Shown piece after piece: positions 47,043 to 57,420 of a stretch of 64,000 nt of DNA. The DNA comes from Candidatus Kaiserbacteria bacterium (GTDB lineage Bacteria > Patescibacteriota > Minisyncoccia > Phycocordibacterales > Phycocordibacteraceae), in NCBI GenBank assembly GCA_963699165.1, contig OY969413.1, forward strand, positions 532,562 through 596,561. The letters run 5' to 3'. The translations under genes were made by a program, and so were the position numbers. Positions within the stretch are counted from its first letter, which is position 1; every line of letters begins with the position of its first letter. The notes below the pieces were generated by a model, which saw only the letters and a list, made by a program, of their open reading frames with translations, was not told the DNA's origin and did no database searches.

Positions 47043-47151
47043 ATGTTGCTCAGTATAATATACGCAAAAGACAAGGGAACGTTCCGGTTCCCACAACGTA
47101 TATACACTTGTACACGCTTTGTACATGATTAGTAGATAGAACGATTCAACC

Positions 47152-48006
47152 ATGCATACATTATCTAAATCTGCCCGGCAGGCCCTCGCGGTCGGATTGA
47201 CACTCATAGGCTTATTCGCAATAACATCAAGCGCATTCGCAGCCGAACCGGCTGGCAGAGCGGGCTTCGGCGGATTCCGAGGCGGCCCGAACATGCCGCG
47301 TCCCGCAGTCGTTGGCACGGTTGCGTCCATTTCCGGCAACACGCTTACCGTGACGTCGAGAGCGTGGGCAGGCGGCCGCGGACATGCGACAACCACCCCG
47401 GCGACATCTTCCGTCTCGACCACCTACACGGTCGATGCAACAAATGCGACCGTCACTAAAAACGGCGCAGCTTCCACCGTCTCGGCCATCGCTACCGGCG
47501 ATACCGTCATGGTTGAAGGCACTGTAAGCGGGACCAGCGTCACCGCCACCGCAATTCGCGACGGCATGATGGGCCGCGGCGGACCGGGCGGGTTTGGAGG
47601 AAAACAGGGACAGGGACCGCGATTCGGTTCCAATACACCAGCCACCAATACACCGGTTATCACCGGCAACGGGCAGCCGGTCATCGGCGGAAACGTGACG
47701 GCAATTAGTGGAAACACGCTCACCGTCACAAATAAAAGCAGCGTCACCTACTCCGTCGACGCAACTTCGGCGAAGATTGTGAAGCACGGCGTCGCAACCT
47801 CAACCATCTCGAACGTATCGGTCGGAGACAGCGTCGTCGTTCAGGGCACCGTGAACGGAACTTCGATCACCGCATCGACCGTCATTGATAACGGGACGCC
47901 TCCGGCCGCACCGGCGGGCACCGCAAGCGGAACGCCGCCAGCTAAACACGGCGGATTCCTCGGCGCTATCGGCGGATTCTTCTCGCACCTCTTCGGATTC
48001 TTTTAA
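47152..48006 (+). CDS. secreted protein with two tandem copies of the same beta-rich module and Gly-rich linkers
   Basis: Signal peptide. Repeats VGTVASISGNTLTVT...TYTVDATNATVTKNG...ATGDTVMVEGTVSGTSVTATAI and IGGNVTAISGNTLTVT...YSVDATSAKIVKHG...VGDSVVVQGTVNGTSITAST. Confidence 0.55.
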   Translation: MHTLSKSARQALAVGLTLIGLFAITSSAFAAEPAGRAGFGGFRGGPNMPRPAVVGTVASISGNTLTVTSRAWAGGRGHATTTPATSSVSTTYTVDATNATVTKNGAASTVSAIATGDTVMVEGTVSGTSVTATAIRDGMMGRGGPGGFGGKQGQGPRFGSNTPATNTPVITGNGQPVIGGNVTAISGNTLTVTNKSSVTYSVDATSAKIVKHGVATSTISNVSVGDSVVVQGTVNGTSITASTVIDNGTPPAAPAGTASGTPPAKHGGFLGAIGGFFSHLFGFF

Positions 48007-48019
48007 TCCGACCTCCGAT

Positions 48020-48060
48020 GAAAACGCGAAAACCGCCCTCCGGGCGGTTTTCGCGTTTTC
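48020..48060. terminator. bidirectional intrinsic terminator
   Basis: GAAAACGCGAAAACCGCC-CTCC-GGGCGGTTTTCGCGTTTTC. Confidence 0.65.
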
Positions 48061-48064
48061 GGTC

Positions 48065-48460
48065 TTACTCGATCGTCACGCCGTCAAACGGCTCATCGCT
48101 TGCGAGAGCATCCGCTTTCGTTTTATGTATAACGCCGTCTTTATGATCGGGCGGCGCGTAAATCGTATACAGTTTGAGCGCGTCGGTTCCGGACGTGTTG
48201 ATAATGTTGTGGCGCGTGCCTTTTGGAACCACGACGGCCCACCCATCGCGAATTTCGTGCTCGACGCCGTCCAGCACGGCTTTCCCTTCACCTTTCTCGA
48301 CGCGAAAAAACTGATCGAGCTCATGCACTTCCTCGCCGATGTCTTCGTTCGGCAGCAAACTCATGACCACCAGCTGCACATGCTCATCCGTGTACAACAC
48401 TTCTCTAAAATATTCATTTGAAATCGCTTTCTCTTCAATGTTTGAAGTATATCCTTTCAT
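48065..48460 (-). CDS. cupin 2 domain protein
   Basis: Conserved barrel with His/Glu motifs (HELDQFFRVEKGEG, VPKGTRHNIIN). Confidence 0.8.
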   Translation of the reverse strand: MKGYTSNIEEKAISNEYFREVLYTDEHVQLVVMSLLPNEDIGEEVHELDQFFRVEKGEGKAVLDGVEHEIRDGWAVVVPKGTRHNIINTSGTDALKLYTIYAPPDHKDGVIHKTKADALASDEPFDGVTIE

Positions 48461-48544
48461 GAAAATATCGTAACAAATGGAACGGAAGATTGGATTAAAA
48501 AGAACCCCCGTCTCGCATAAAGCCAGGGGTTCTCTGCACTCTCG

Positions 48545-49135
48545 TCACACACCGTTACCTTTCGGTGCCATTTGCACTTTATAGTTCGGGATGATGACGT
48601 GCTGTCCCGGCGGGAAATGTGTATCCATCGAACGGGGGACGGGGCTCCAGTCGTTCTGCGAACAGTATTGCATGTTTAGCAATATCAGACGCCCAGCACT
48701 TTCAATAAAGAAAAAATTACCCCGGTCGAAGTGCAACGGAAGTCTTTCCCCGTTTTTGAATGCTTCCATGCTTCGAGTAAGCACGTAATCGGCAAGCGCT
48801 GCAGCTTGACCGAGCGTGCATAGATAATTGCGCGCCTTTAGTTGCGCGAAGATTTCTGCTTCGCACGTAGTAAAGGTGAGACCCGTCACAGCTTCGACCC
48901 ATTCTCGTGGCGTCGTCCGCATCGCTGTCGTGAACACCCTCAACGGGGTTGCGGGGGTGTCCTTTTCTTCTAACCGCGTGACACCCGCGTCAATTGGCCT
49001 AATCCACTTGAGATTCGGGTATCTTTTGCCGGAGAAGATGTCCGCTGCCATACCTCCCTGCACTGCAGGAAGGATATGGTCCATAAAGGGAACAAGTGTC
49101 ATGCGCCCTCTTTCGGGGGCAAAGGATTGCACCAT
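48545..49135 (-). CDS. hypothetical protein
   Basis: ORF; no motif recognized. Confidence 0.4.
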   Translation of the reverse strand: MVQSFAPERGRMTLVPFMDHILPAVQGGMAADIFSGKRYPNLKWIRPIDAGVTRLEEKDTPATPLRVFTTAMRTTPREWVEAVTGLTFTTCEAEIFAQLKARNYLCTLGQAAALADYVLTRSMEAFKNGERLPLHFDRGNFFFIESAGRLILLNMQYCSQNDWSPVPRSMDTHFPPGQHVIIPNYKVQMAPKGNGV

Positions 49136-49257
49136 GATGCCTTCAATTCAATTCTCTAAAAAGGAAAAGCTCCTTTCCTTATCAGAATCAAGGAGCAACT
49201 TTTGAAATTATACTCGCGAAATTAAAGTATGTCAACAAATTTTGTACGTTAGTATCG

Positions 49258-50170
49258 GGTTGTTGACACTTTTCGCGTCGACGAGTTCATTGAAAGCGCA
49301 AAAGGCGCGGTACGATTTTGGTGTTCAGACCATTTAATCGTTAGCGCCTCTTGCATGCACAAGAATACCAAATTGTTGCCGTACCAACGGCGTGAGATGT
49401 TCCGCAGATGGGGTATGGGAGCTCAAGCGACCCATTTGGCCCGAGAATACAAAGTCTCCCGAGAAACCGTATACGAGACACTTAAAGATGCCCGACTGAA
49501 CGTCTTCGAGAATCGTTCCTCGATGAATCACCGATATCGCACCATCCTGTACGGGTTCCAAAAGCTTGCTCGCACCGAAAAGCGCGTGGGAGAGAAGCTC
49601 GCCCGCAAAGCCCATCGATTGAACCGATACGAGAAATCGATACCGGGTGAAATGCTGCATCTCGATACCAAGCGCCTGCCGCTCCTGCGAGGAGAAGCCG
49701 CCGCGCAACCGAGAGAATACCTATTTGTCGCCATTGACGACTACTCTCGTACCGCCTTTGCCGATATCTTCCCCGACAAGACCGCATACTCGGCCGCCAT
49801 GTTCCTCGCCGAGAGCAAGCGAGTATTGCCGTTCCCCGTGACCGGCATCTATTCCGACAACGGGAGCGAGTACCGGGGACGACCGGATCATCCGGTGGCG
49901 GCACTCTGCAGGGAAACGGGCATGAGCCAAGCGTTCACGAAAGTGAAGCATCCCTGGACCAATGGAAAAGCGGAGCGATTCATCAAAACCCTCATGACCG
50001 AATGGCACGGGAAGACACGTTCCAATCACATCTCTCGAGCCCATCGCCGACGCTATTTGTATGCGTTTGTGGACTGGTACAACCAGACCCGCATTCACCA
50101 ATCGCTCGGAACAACTCCATTCGGAAGACTCGAGGCGTACCTAGAAAGTGTCAACAACGCGTTGACTTAG
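49258..50170 (+). mobile_element. IS481-family insertion sequence (copy B), with terminal inverted repeats different from copy A
   Basis: Terminal inverted repeats G(G/C)GTTGTTGACACTTT at 49258-49272 and the reverse complement at 50145-50160. Single transposase ORF. Confidence 0.7.
49355..50170 (+). CDS. IS481-family DDE transposase
   Basis: HTH N-terminus; rve core with DDYSRTAF, SDNGSEY and NGKAERFIKTL motifs. Confidence 0.85.
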   Translation: MHKNTKLLPYQRREMFRRWGMGAQATHLAREYKVSRETVYETLKDARLNVFENRSSMNHRYRTILYGFQKLARTEKRVGEKLARKAHRLNRYEKSIPGEMLHLDTKRLPLLRGEAAAQPREYLFVAIDDYSRTAFADIFPDKTAYSAAMFLAESKRVLPFPVTGIYSDNGSEYRGRPDHPVAALCRETGMSQAFTKVKHPWTNGKAERFIKTLMTEWHGKTRSNHISRAHRRRYLYAFVDWYNQTRIHQSLGTTPFGRLEAYLESVNNALT

Positions 50171-50245
50171 TACACAAATTTTCACCTTTCTCGAAATTAT
50201 CCTGTATTTACTTGTTTTCTTTCTCCTTAATTTCTCTACCCTGCC

Positions 50246-51145
50246 TTAGCGCGGAAGCCATTTGCGAACGCCGGCGGCGATGATTTTCTCTCTGCCCTTA
50301 AACCCGTGTGTTGCTCCGGAAATCACGTGCATCGCAAATTGCTTTGAGCGCGTATGTTTTGCCATCCAGGCGCCAATATCTTCCGCAGGGCGGTCACCGT
50401 ATTCATCTTCCTTCGCCAAAAAGACGAGCGTCGGAATCTCAATCGACTTGAATGCGGACGGATTCTTTTTCGGCGAGGCATAACAAAAAATCTCTTCCGC
50501 GCTTTCGGGCGTGAAGAGACTCACGAAGCGCTGCGCATCGATTGGGCTTACGGCAATCTCTATCGGAAGCAATTGATGCTTCTTCCCCGCTTTGATTAAC
50601 TCCCGCGCAAACTTCGTTGATTTCTCCAACTTTCCATCGGTATCAAACTTCACCGCCGCGGCATAATCGCTTAGCGGTGCAAGCAAAACGAGCCCTTTGA
50701 TATGTTTCTGATTCCCTTTTCGGCTCGCATAGTAGACCGACTTCTGGCAGCCGGTTGAATGCCCCGCGAGATAGATGTCGCGAACGCCAGCGCCTCGAAC
50801 GAAGTTTACCGCGCCTTGAATATCGTCGGCGCATTCGGTGAACACTTCATGCGCCTGACCCGCAAGCACGGAGTGCTCGCCTTTCTTCGTATTGTCGAGA
50901 CGGTATGCTTTCGTGATTTTGTCGTGTCCGCGATTGTTAAAGGTTATAACTGCAGTATCTTTGTCGACAAATGATTCCGCAAGCGGTATCCAAAACGCGG
51001 AACCGGCAAGACCATGCACAAAAATGATGGCGCGTTTCGGTTTCGCCGGACCGAACCAAAGCCCGTTCAATTTGTATTTCTTCGGCGTAACGATATTGAT
51101 GAGAAAACATGGTTTCAATTTTGCAGCAGTGATCATGCAATTCAA
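50246..51145 (-). CDS. alpha/beta hydrolase
   Basis: Nucleophile elbow GHSTG, and C-terminal Asp and His of the catalytic triad. Confidence 0.7.
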   Translation of the reverse strand: MNCMITAAKLKPCFLINIVTPKKYKLNGLWFGPAKPKRAIIFVHGLAGSAFWIPLAESFVDKDTAVITFNNRGHDKITKAYRLDNTKKGEHSVLAGQAHEVFTECADDIQGAVNFVRGAGVRDIYLAGHSTGCQKSVYYASRKGNQKHIKGLVLLAPLSDYAAAVKFDTDGKLEKSTKFARELIKAGKKHQLLPIEIAVSPIDAQRFVSLFTPESAEEIFCYASPKKNPSAFKSIEIPTLVFLAKEDEYGDRPAEDIGAWMAKHTRSKQFAMHVISGATHGFKGREKIIAAGVRKWLPR

Positions 51146-51243
51146 AAAGTTATTAGTGGGACCATCTTAACATTTCTCAATATTGCGGGAATCTTATCCT
51201 TGACAAATCGATTTACAAAGCTAACATAAGTATATGAATCGAA

Positions 51244-52305
51244 AGGCACCCAAACCCCTCAATTCGAACGACGGTTTTTTGCGCTCCTCTGAGCGCGTTG
51301 TTTCTTTTCCGCAGCATACGCCTCATCTGGCGTGAGTGAACCGAGCACATCCATGAAGCGGCGATTCATCTTTGCTTCGAGTTTCTGCACAAATCTTTTT
51401 GAATACTTTGAAATATCCGAGCTTTTCGGGATGTACCGCCGCAAGTCCTTGTTCAGATTCTCGATTGATGGCTTCTCCCATGGCGCATGCACATGACAGA
51501 AATATATCTTCACCCCAAGCACCTTCTCTAGCCGTTTGTGTTCGAGAAAGAGAATATCGTTGTCGAATGTGATGGTCTGCATCTCGGGATACCGCTTTTT
51601 CATTCTGCGAAGCGCTCGCTCCACGTTTCGCACTGACACTGGCAGGATCCGCTCCAGCAGGTTTTTGCGCACCCTGCGATCCCGCAGACCAAGAATGATG
51701 CCTTGACCGCTCTTGCCCGACACGATGAAGTCGCCCTCCATGTGACCCAATCCCCATCGCTTGTTGATTTTGCTCGGTCGTTTGTCGATCAGGCGCTTGT
51801 CGGCAATGTGTGGTTTCGATGGCCGAGAGCGTCGCCTCTTCTTGAATACCTTTGCTCGATGCGACTCGATCCGTCTGCCATACGGGCTCTTGATATATCG
51901 GCGTATAGCCGAGGATGAAGCATATCCGATATCCTTCTCGATCCGCTTCAATCGAAGTGAGATGTTTTCGGGCGACTGATCGTCGAAGAGATGCGCCTCG
52001 ATGAACTTCCGGAGCTTCGGGTCGAGAGCAATCATCTTGCCGACCGCTCGGCTGTATTTCCTTCGTACGTATGAAATGTGATGCGCATATGCAGCATCAT
52101 ACGGCCGTCCCTTCCTCTTCTTTTGCGTCTCGTACCATATGACACTCTTCGGTCGGTCGAGTGCATCTCCGACATCTTGCAAAGAGTATCCCTTCGCTAA
52201 CAGTATCTGTATTTCGTCTCGTTCGGACTTTGTGAAGTGCGCACCGCCGGAGGTTTTTTCATTCGCTCAATGTATCAAACGTTCGAATTCAAAAGACCAG
52301 TCGCC
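51244..52305 (-). mobile_element. IS30-family insertion sequence, copy 1 (about 1062 bp), flanked by AA/AA dinucleotides
   Basis: Boundaries defined by where identity with copy 2 (57792-58854) stops: ends GGCGACTGG... and ...GGGTGCCT, with imperfect terminal inverted repeats. Confidence 0.75.
51259..52182 (-). CDS. IS30-family DDE transposase
   Basis: GHMEGDFIV, TFDNDILF and HAPWEKPSIENLN correspond to the IS30 D-D-E regions. Differs from copy 2 at 2 of 307 residues. Confidence 0.85.
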   Translation of the reverse strand: MQDVGDALDRPKSVIWYETQKKRKGRPYDAAYAHHISYVRRKYSRAVGKMIALDPKLRKFIEAHLFDDQSPENISLRLKRIEKDIGYASSSAIRRYIKSPYGRRIESHRAKVFKKRRRSRPSKPHIADKRLIDKRPSKINKRWGLGHMEGDFIVSGKSGQGIILGLRDRRVRKNLLERILPVSVRNVERALRRMKKRYPEMQTITFDNDILFLEHKRLEKVLGVKIYFCHVHAPWEKPSIENLNKDLRRYIPKSSDISKYSKRFVQKLEAKMNRRFMDVLGSLTPDEAYAAEKKQRAQRSAKNRRSN

Positions 52306-52409
52306 AAATTGCGGATTTATGCGCGAAATGATCGAGGCTTCGTTCCTCGGTGTTTCAGTTTGCGCATAGCCGCGATTTTTCTTCTCCTCACTAGCAACCT
52401 GTAAAGAAA

Positions 52410-52440
52410 AACCTCGGCTCTGCGGAAGCCGAGGTTTTCT
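52410..52440 (+). terminator. intrinsic terminator
   Basis: AACCTCGGCT-CTGCGGA-AGCCGAGGTT followed by TTTTCT. Confidence 0.55.
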
Positions 52441-52480
52441 CGTCTATCGCGGCAGGGCATCTTCCTTAAAGGAGAACTGC

Positions 52481-53083
52481 ATGAACGGCAACCCGAGTAC
52501 CGAACGAGTCGTATTCCTCGACGGCAACCGCCTGTATCTGCGGCCGCACTGCGCATCGGACGTCCCCCTTCTGGTTCGCTGGATGAACGATCCTAACATT
52601 CGGATATTCGTAAACAGGCGGTATCCGCTCGGTGCAAAAGAGGAAGAACGGTGGATTGAACGTCTCGCGGAATTAAAAAACGACATTGTCCTCATGATTG
52701 TTCTGAAAGGTCAAACGCCCGCGGATGATAGACCGATAGGCAACATCGGTTTGCATAATATCGAACTCGAAAACGGGATTGCGACGACGGGAGCGGTCAT
52801 CGGCGAAAAGGAATGTTGGGGCAAGGGGTACGGAACCGAAGCGAAAATGATTCTACTCAATCATGCCTTCAATACGCTAAATTTGCGGAAGATCTATTCC
52901 CGCGTTCTCGCCCTTAACCCGCGTAGCCGCAGATACAGCGAAAAATGCGGCTATACGCTCATCGCGACGCTTCCCGACAAACATTTCCGCGACGGACGCT
53001 TCGTCGATGAACTCGTTCTTGAAGTCAACGCAGATACATGGCGGATGCTTTGGGAGGAAACGAAAGAAAGATTCCTGCCGTAG
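52481..53083 (+). CDS. GNAT N-acetyltransferase (RimJ/RimL-like)
   Basis: GNAT motifs A/B (IGNIGLHNIE, WGKGYGTEA, YSRVLALNPRSRRYSEKCGY). Confidence 0.85.
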   Translation: MNGNPSTERVVFLDGNRLYLRPHCASDVPLLVRWMNDPNIRIFVNRRYPLGAKEEERWIERLAELKNDIVLMIVLKGQTPADDRPIGNIGLHNIELENGIATTGAVIGEKECWGKGYGTEAKMILLNHAFNTLNLRKIYSRVLALNPRSRRYSEKCGYTLIATLPDKHFRDGRFVDELVLEVNADTWRMLWEETKERFLP

Positions 53084-53090
53084 CAACCGC

Positions 53091-53122
53091 AGTCGCCGCC
53101 TTCTTAGGCGGCGACTTTTACT
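53091..53122. terminator. bidirectional terminator between the convergent GNAT and MarR genes
   Basis: AGTCGCCGCC-TTCTTAG-GCGGCGACT followed by TTTT. Confidence 0.55.
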
Positions 53123-53140
53123 CTTTATCTGAAATACCGG

Positions 53141-53605
53141 CTACTGCCCCGTCTCGGTTTCCTTAATGCGCTCGAGCGCGCTTGTGAATGCGGCAAGTTC
53201 GGAAGGGGTCAGACCGTTGAAAAGTCCGCCCAACACTTTTCTGCCGCGCACCATGGCTTTTTTCAAATCGTTCTTCCCTTCTTGCGTGAGCAGGAGACGC
53301 GAGGTGCGTTTGTCTTTTTTGTCGGCGTGACACTCGACGCGGCCGCTCTTCACGAGGTCGCCGATGAGCGATGTGGTCGAAGGCGCGGTGATGGAAAGAT
53401 ACTCTGCAACGTCTTTCATTTTCGGTTCGGGATGCTCCGAAATAAATTTCATCGTTTCAACCCAGAGCCACGTCGACGGATCGAGCTTTGCGCCCTTCGG
53501 AAGCTGCTTCGCGAGTTCGGTTCGCATAACGCGGCGTATAACAAAAAGCAGCGATACGACGCGCGAGATGTCTTCAAATGAATGCTTGTGTGAGCGTGAA
53601 GTCAT
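53141..53605 (-). CDS. MarR-family transcriptional regulator
   Basis: Winged-helix region (ISEHPEPKMKDVAEYLSITAPSTTSLIGDLVKSGRVECHADKKDKR). Start placed at MTSRS, downstream of the MFS stop. Confidence 0.8.
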   Translation of the reverse strand: MTSRSHKHSFEDISRVVSLLFVIRRVMRTELAKQLPKGAKLDPSTWLWVETMKFISEHPEPKMKDVAEYLSITAPSTTSLIGDLVKSGRVECHADKKDKRTSRLLLTQEGKNDLKKAMVRGRKVLGGLFNGLTPSELAAFTSALERIKETETGQ

Positions 53606-53612
53606 AGCTGTA

Positions 53613-55142
53613 TTATCCACCCGCGGCGGCTTCGGCGAGCATCTCGGGCGGGATATCTTTTTTTTCTTTGCGGGTGACGCGCAAAAGCAGGAGCGCGACA
53701 AGCGCACCGAAAATCATCGCCGCCGCCGCATCTTTGAAAACGGTTCCGTACGCGAGCAGGTCGGCTTTCATAATGATTAACTGTTGCGCCTCCGCGAGGA
53801 TGGTCGGCGTCGAACCGTTGATGTGCGAATTCTGCGCAACGACAAGCACATTTGCATTTGTCGCATTTTCAAGCACCGTTCCAAAGATTGCAATGCCGAA
53901 CGCTCCGCCGATGTTGCGGGTGAGATTCAAAAGTCCGGATGACATGCCGATTTCATTCATCGGCACGGCCGACGTGGCGGCGGTAGTAAGCGGCGCCATG
54001 CCGAGGCCGAGACCCGCTCCGAACAAAACGAGCGGTAAAACGAAACTCATCGATATCATCGTCGGGTCAAGATGCACGAGCTGGTACAGGCCGAGCGCCG
54101 ACAGCGCCATGCCGAAGGAAACCGTGTAGCGCGGATTGATTGAAAGCGCGAGCCGCGCTCCGAGCGGCGCAAAAATCGGCATCGCAAGCCCCATCGGCAC
54201 GAACAAGTATCCGCTTTGCGTCGCCGTATACTGCAAAAACGTCTGCGCGAATACCGGCAACAGGAAGAGCGCGCCCATCATGCCGCCGAAAGAAATAAAC
54301 GAAACAATGAGCACCGACACGATGACCGGATTTTTGAAAAATTTGAAGTCGATGATGGGGTGCGTATGGCGCGTTTCCCATTGGTACACGAGCAATCCGA
54401 ATACCACGGTGCAGATGTAGCAGATGACGCTCGCATTCGAGGTCCAGCCCCACGTCTGCCCGCGGTCGACGACAAGCACCAAACTCGAAATCGCACCCGA
54501 GAGAAGTACCGCGCCAAACCAGTCGAATGTCCCGCGCTCGCCCGGACGGTCATGCGGCAAGAAAAGCAGCGTCATGATAAGACCCGCGATGCCGATGGGC
54601 AGATTGATGTAAAAAACGGAACGCCATGAAAAATTATCGACGAGATATCCTCCGAGCAAAGGGCCGAGCACGGCGGATACCGCGAATGAAGACGACCAGA
54701 TGCCGAGCGCCTGCGCGCGCGCCTTCGGGTCGCTAAACGATTTTGCGATAAGCGACATTGCGGTCGGATACACGGCTGCGCCGACGAGCCCTTGCACGAT
54801 GCGAAAGAATACGAGCGAATCGAAATTCCACGCAAGTCCGGCAAACATCGAAATGATGATGAACCCGACGAAGCTCCAAAGATAAATGATGCGGTTGCCG
54901 AAAAGATCGCCGAGTTTCCCGAAGACCGGCACGAAAATCGCATTGCTGATGATGTAGGCGGTCGAAATCCATGCGGCGGTGGACACCGTGATGCTGAAGT
55001 CATTGATGATTTTCGGCACGGCGAGGCCGACCACCGTGCGGTCGAGCCCGATAAGCAGCGTGCCGACCATCACCGTGGTCAGAACGAGCCACGGATGCCC
55101 CGTGAGTCGATGCGCTTGAGGCCGTGCGGCTAGTTCTGCCAT
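53613..55142 (-). CDS. MFS transporter, DHA2 (EmrB/QacA) 14-TM drug:H+ antiporter type
   Basis: 14 predicted TM helices, the MFS motif A region, 509 aa. Confidence 0.85.
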   Translation of the reverse strand: MAELAARPQAHRLTGHPWLVLTTVMVGTLLIGLDRTVVGLAVPKIINDFSITVSTAAWISTAYIISNAIFVPVFGKLGDLFGNRIIYLWSFVGFIIISMFAGLAWNFDSLVFFRIVQGLVGAAVYPTAMSLIAKSFSDPKARAQALGIWSSSFAVSAVLGPLLGGYLVDNFSWRSVFYINLPIGIAGLIMTLLFLPHDRPGERGTFDWFGAVLLSGAISSLVLVVDRGQTWGWTSNASVICYICTVVFGLLVYQWETRHTHPIIDFKFFKNPVIVSVLIVSFISFGGMMGALFLLPVFAQTFLQYTATQSGYLFVPMGLAMPIFAPLGARLALSINPRYTVSFGMALSALGLYQLVHLDPTMISMSFVLPLVLFGAGLGLGMAPLTTAATSAVPMNEIGMSSGLLNLTRNIGGAFGIAIFGTVLENATNANVLVVAQNSHINGSTPTILAEAQQLIIMKADLLAYGTVFKDAAAAMIFGALVALLLLRVTRKEKKDIPPEMLAEAAAGG

Positions 55143-55155
55143 GGTGAGGCTAACG

Positions 55156-55815
55156 TTACTTCGTATAAATCCACATGCGCGCCGACATGCCGTTTTTCAA
55201 TTGCGGGTAGGTCGTAGTATCGAAGCGCACTTTGATATCAAACTGCTGCGTCTGACGCTGGTCCGAAATGTTGAACACGATGCCCGACTGGTTCGACGAT
55301 GGCGCGATTTCGTCCACGACGCCGTTGAATTTCTCCGACCCGAACGCATCGACCGTAAAAGTCACCGGGTCGCCGACTTTAATTTGCGCAAGACCTTTAT
55401 TTTCATCGATTTTCCCGACCACGCGCAATTGCGACGGGTCAATCATTTCCACAACCGGCTGACCGGGAGCGATTTGCGCGCCGATGGTGTTGTTTACCTG
55501 CACGACGAGTCCGGCGACTTTCGTTTTCACGACTTCCGTTCCGACAAGAGCGACCGGAGAGTTTGCGGGAAGCATATCGCCTTCGTTTGCATAAATTGCA
55601 TTCAAGCGTCCCGCCGAAATCGGCGAGAGGTCGATGAGCGGCGCCGAAATCGAAGACGTATCGATGGCGACTTCTTTTGCCGAAAAAATGAAGTATGCGG
55701 CGATGCCGGCGGCGGCAAGAATAATGACGCCGATGCTACCGAAAATCGCAAGGCGGCGGCGCATCTCCGGCGTAAATACTTTTGCTTTTTCGTGTGTGTT
55801 TGCGTGCGTGGTCAT
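55156..55815 (-). CDS. short HlyD/EmrA-like adaptor (no extended coiled coil)
   Basis: N-terminal TM, then biotinyl/lipoyl-like and beta-barrel segments; about 219 aa. Confidence 0.7.
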   Translation of the reverse strand: MTTHANTHEKAKVFTPEMRRRLAIFGSIGVIILAAAGIAAYFIFSAKEVAIDTSSISAPLIDLSPISAGRLNAIYANEGDMLPANSPVALVGTEVVKTKVAGLVVQVNNTIGAQIAPGQPVVEMIDPSQLRVVGKIDENKGLAQIKVGDPVTFTVDAFGSEKFNGVVDEIAPSSNQSGIVFNISDQRQTQQFDIKVRFDTTTYPQLKNGMSARMWIYTK

Positions 55816-55834
55816 GGTAGTTTTTTCAATGCGA

Positions 55835-57367
55835 TTATTGCGCGGCCTGCGCTCCGAACGTCAGCACGCTGTCCCCCGCGGCAAGTCCGGAAACGATTTC
55901 CGTCATGCCCGCGGCACTTCCTATGCCGGTCGTCACGGGCGTCTTCACGGGATTTTTTCCGTTTTCGACATACACGAATTGCCGGCTGCCGTTTGTTATG
56001 ATGGCGCTCGTCGGCACCTGAAGCGCCGCCGCTTTGGTCGCGGTAATGATGCGCAGGTTCGCGGAAAGTCCCGGCTTCAATCGCGGGTCGTTTTGCGTAA
56101 AGGTTACCGTAATGCCGTAAGACGAGACGCCTCCGTTTGTGTCTGCGGAAGGATTGACGGTCGTAACTGTTGCGGGGAACGTTACGCCCGGATACGAATC
56201 AAACGTCGCATCGACCGTGTCGTTCATTTTTATTTTCGCAATGTCGGTTTCGGAAACCTCCGCATCGGCCTCGTATTTCCCGTCCGCAATCATCGAGACA
56301 AGCGGTGAGCCCGGCACGACCGTCTCGCCAAGATTGGCGTTCTGCGCGGTGATGGTGCCGGACACCGGTGCGACGATGACCGTTTGCGATGCGGCGGCCT
56401 GCGCAGCGGCAAGCGAGGCCTTTGCGGCATCTACTGCGGCCTGCTGCGCATCGATGTCGTTTTGCGTTGCACCCGCCTTTGCGAGCGTAAGAGCGCCGTT
56501 CGCCGATTTGTACGCCGTGTCTGCGCCGATAAGCGCGGAAAGCGAACCCGATACGTTCAAGCGCGCGACATTCGTAGTGGTCTGGTATCCGACAAGGGAC
56601 TGTGCCGTGACGGAACCGCCCGGCTGCGTCTCTGCGAGCGCCGTCGTGAGGTCGTTAAGAAATGCCGAAATAGTACTCAGATTCGCCTCCGATTGCGCGA
56701 CGACGCTTTCGGGATTATTCCCGGCGGCGGCAAGCGAAGCATTCCATGAGGAAAAAAGCGGCTCGATTGCGATTCGTTCCGTCTGCAATTTATTTACGAG
56801 CGTCGCGTCCGGAACCGTGACAATCAACTGCGCGGTCGAATTTCTCGGATTGCTGAATACCTGGTCGGCTTTCGCATGCACGGCATCATCGGCATTTGTG
56901 TAGGCCGACTGCAATGCGCTCGAAAGCGCGTTCTGCGCCTGCGTTACGTTTGTCTGATTTATCGCAAGCTGCTCGGGACGCGTGCCGGCCACAAGCGAAG
57001 CGAGTTTCGCCTCCTGCGCTTCGAGATTCGCCTGTGCGAGTGCGACGCCCGCCTCCTGAGTCGAACCGTCGAGCACGATGAGCGACTGTCCCGCACCCAC
57101 ATGGTCGCCGACCTGAACATTGATTCCGACAACGCGGCCGGGTGTCTGAAACGCTAGGTCGGTGCTATGCGCGGCCTTCACTGCGCCGGTCACATCCACC
57201 TCCTCGGTAATCGGGGCGAGCGTCACACGGGCGTAACTGCCGGACGGCGAGACCGTGGTGGCATACCACGCAATCCCGACAATGCCGGCACCGATAACAA
57301 GCGCGCCGCCAACGGCGACTGCGGGTTTCGAAAGAAATGCAAGAAAAGAGACGAATCGTTCGCGCAT
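55835..57367 (-). CDS. HlyD-family adaptor with a long coiled coil (paralog 3)
   Basis: Same architecture as, and clear similarity to, the 26895-28460 and 40916-42733 products. Confidence 0.85.
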   Translation of the reverse strand: MRERFVSFLAFLSKPAVAVGGALVIGAGIVGIAWYATTVSPSGSYARVTLAPITEEVDVTGAVKAAHSTDLAFQTPGRVVGINVQVGDHVGAGQSLIVLDGSTQEAGVALAQANLEAQEAKLASLVAGTRPEQLAINQTNVTQAQNALSSALQSAYTNADDAVHAKADQVFSNPRNSTAQLIVTVPDATLVNKLQTERIAIEPLFSSWNASLAAAGNNPESVVAQSEANLSTISAFLNDLTTALAETQPGGSVTAQSLVGYQTTTNVARLNVSGSLSALIGADTAYKSANGALTLAKAGATQNDIDAQQAAVDAAKASLAAAQAAASQTVIVAPVSGTITAQNANLGETVVPGSPLVSMIADGKYEADAEVSETDIAKIKMNDTVDATFDSYPGVTFPATVTTVNPSADTNGGVSSYGITVTFTQNDPRLKPGLSANLRIITATKAAALQVPTSAIITNGSRQFVYVENGKNPVKTPVTTGIGSAAGMTEIVSGLAAGDSVLTFGAQAAQ

Positions 57368-57420
57368 GAATTCTGTGTTAATTAGTTAGGTAGTCGAAGT
57401 ATATCATACCACACTTTTAA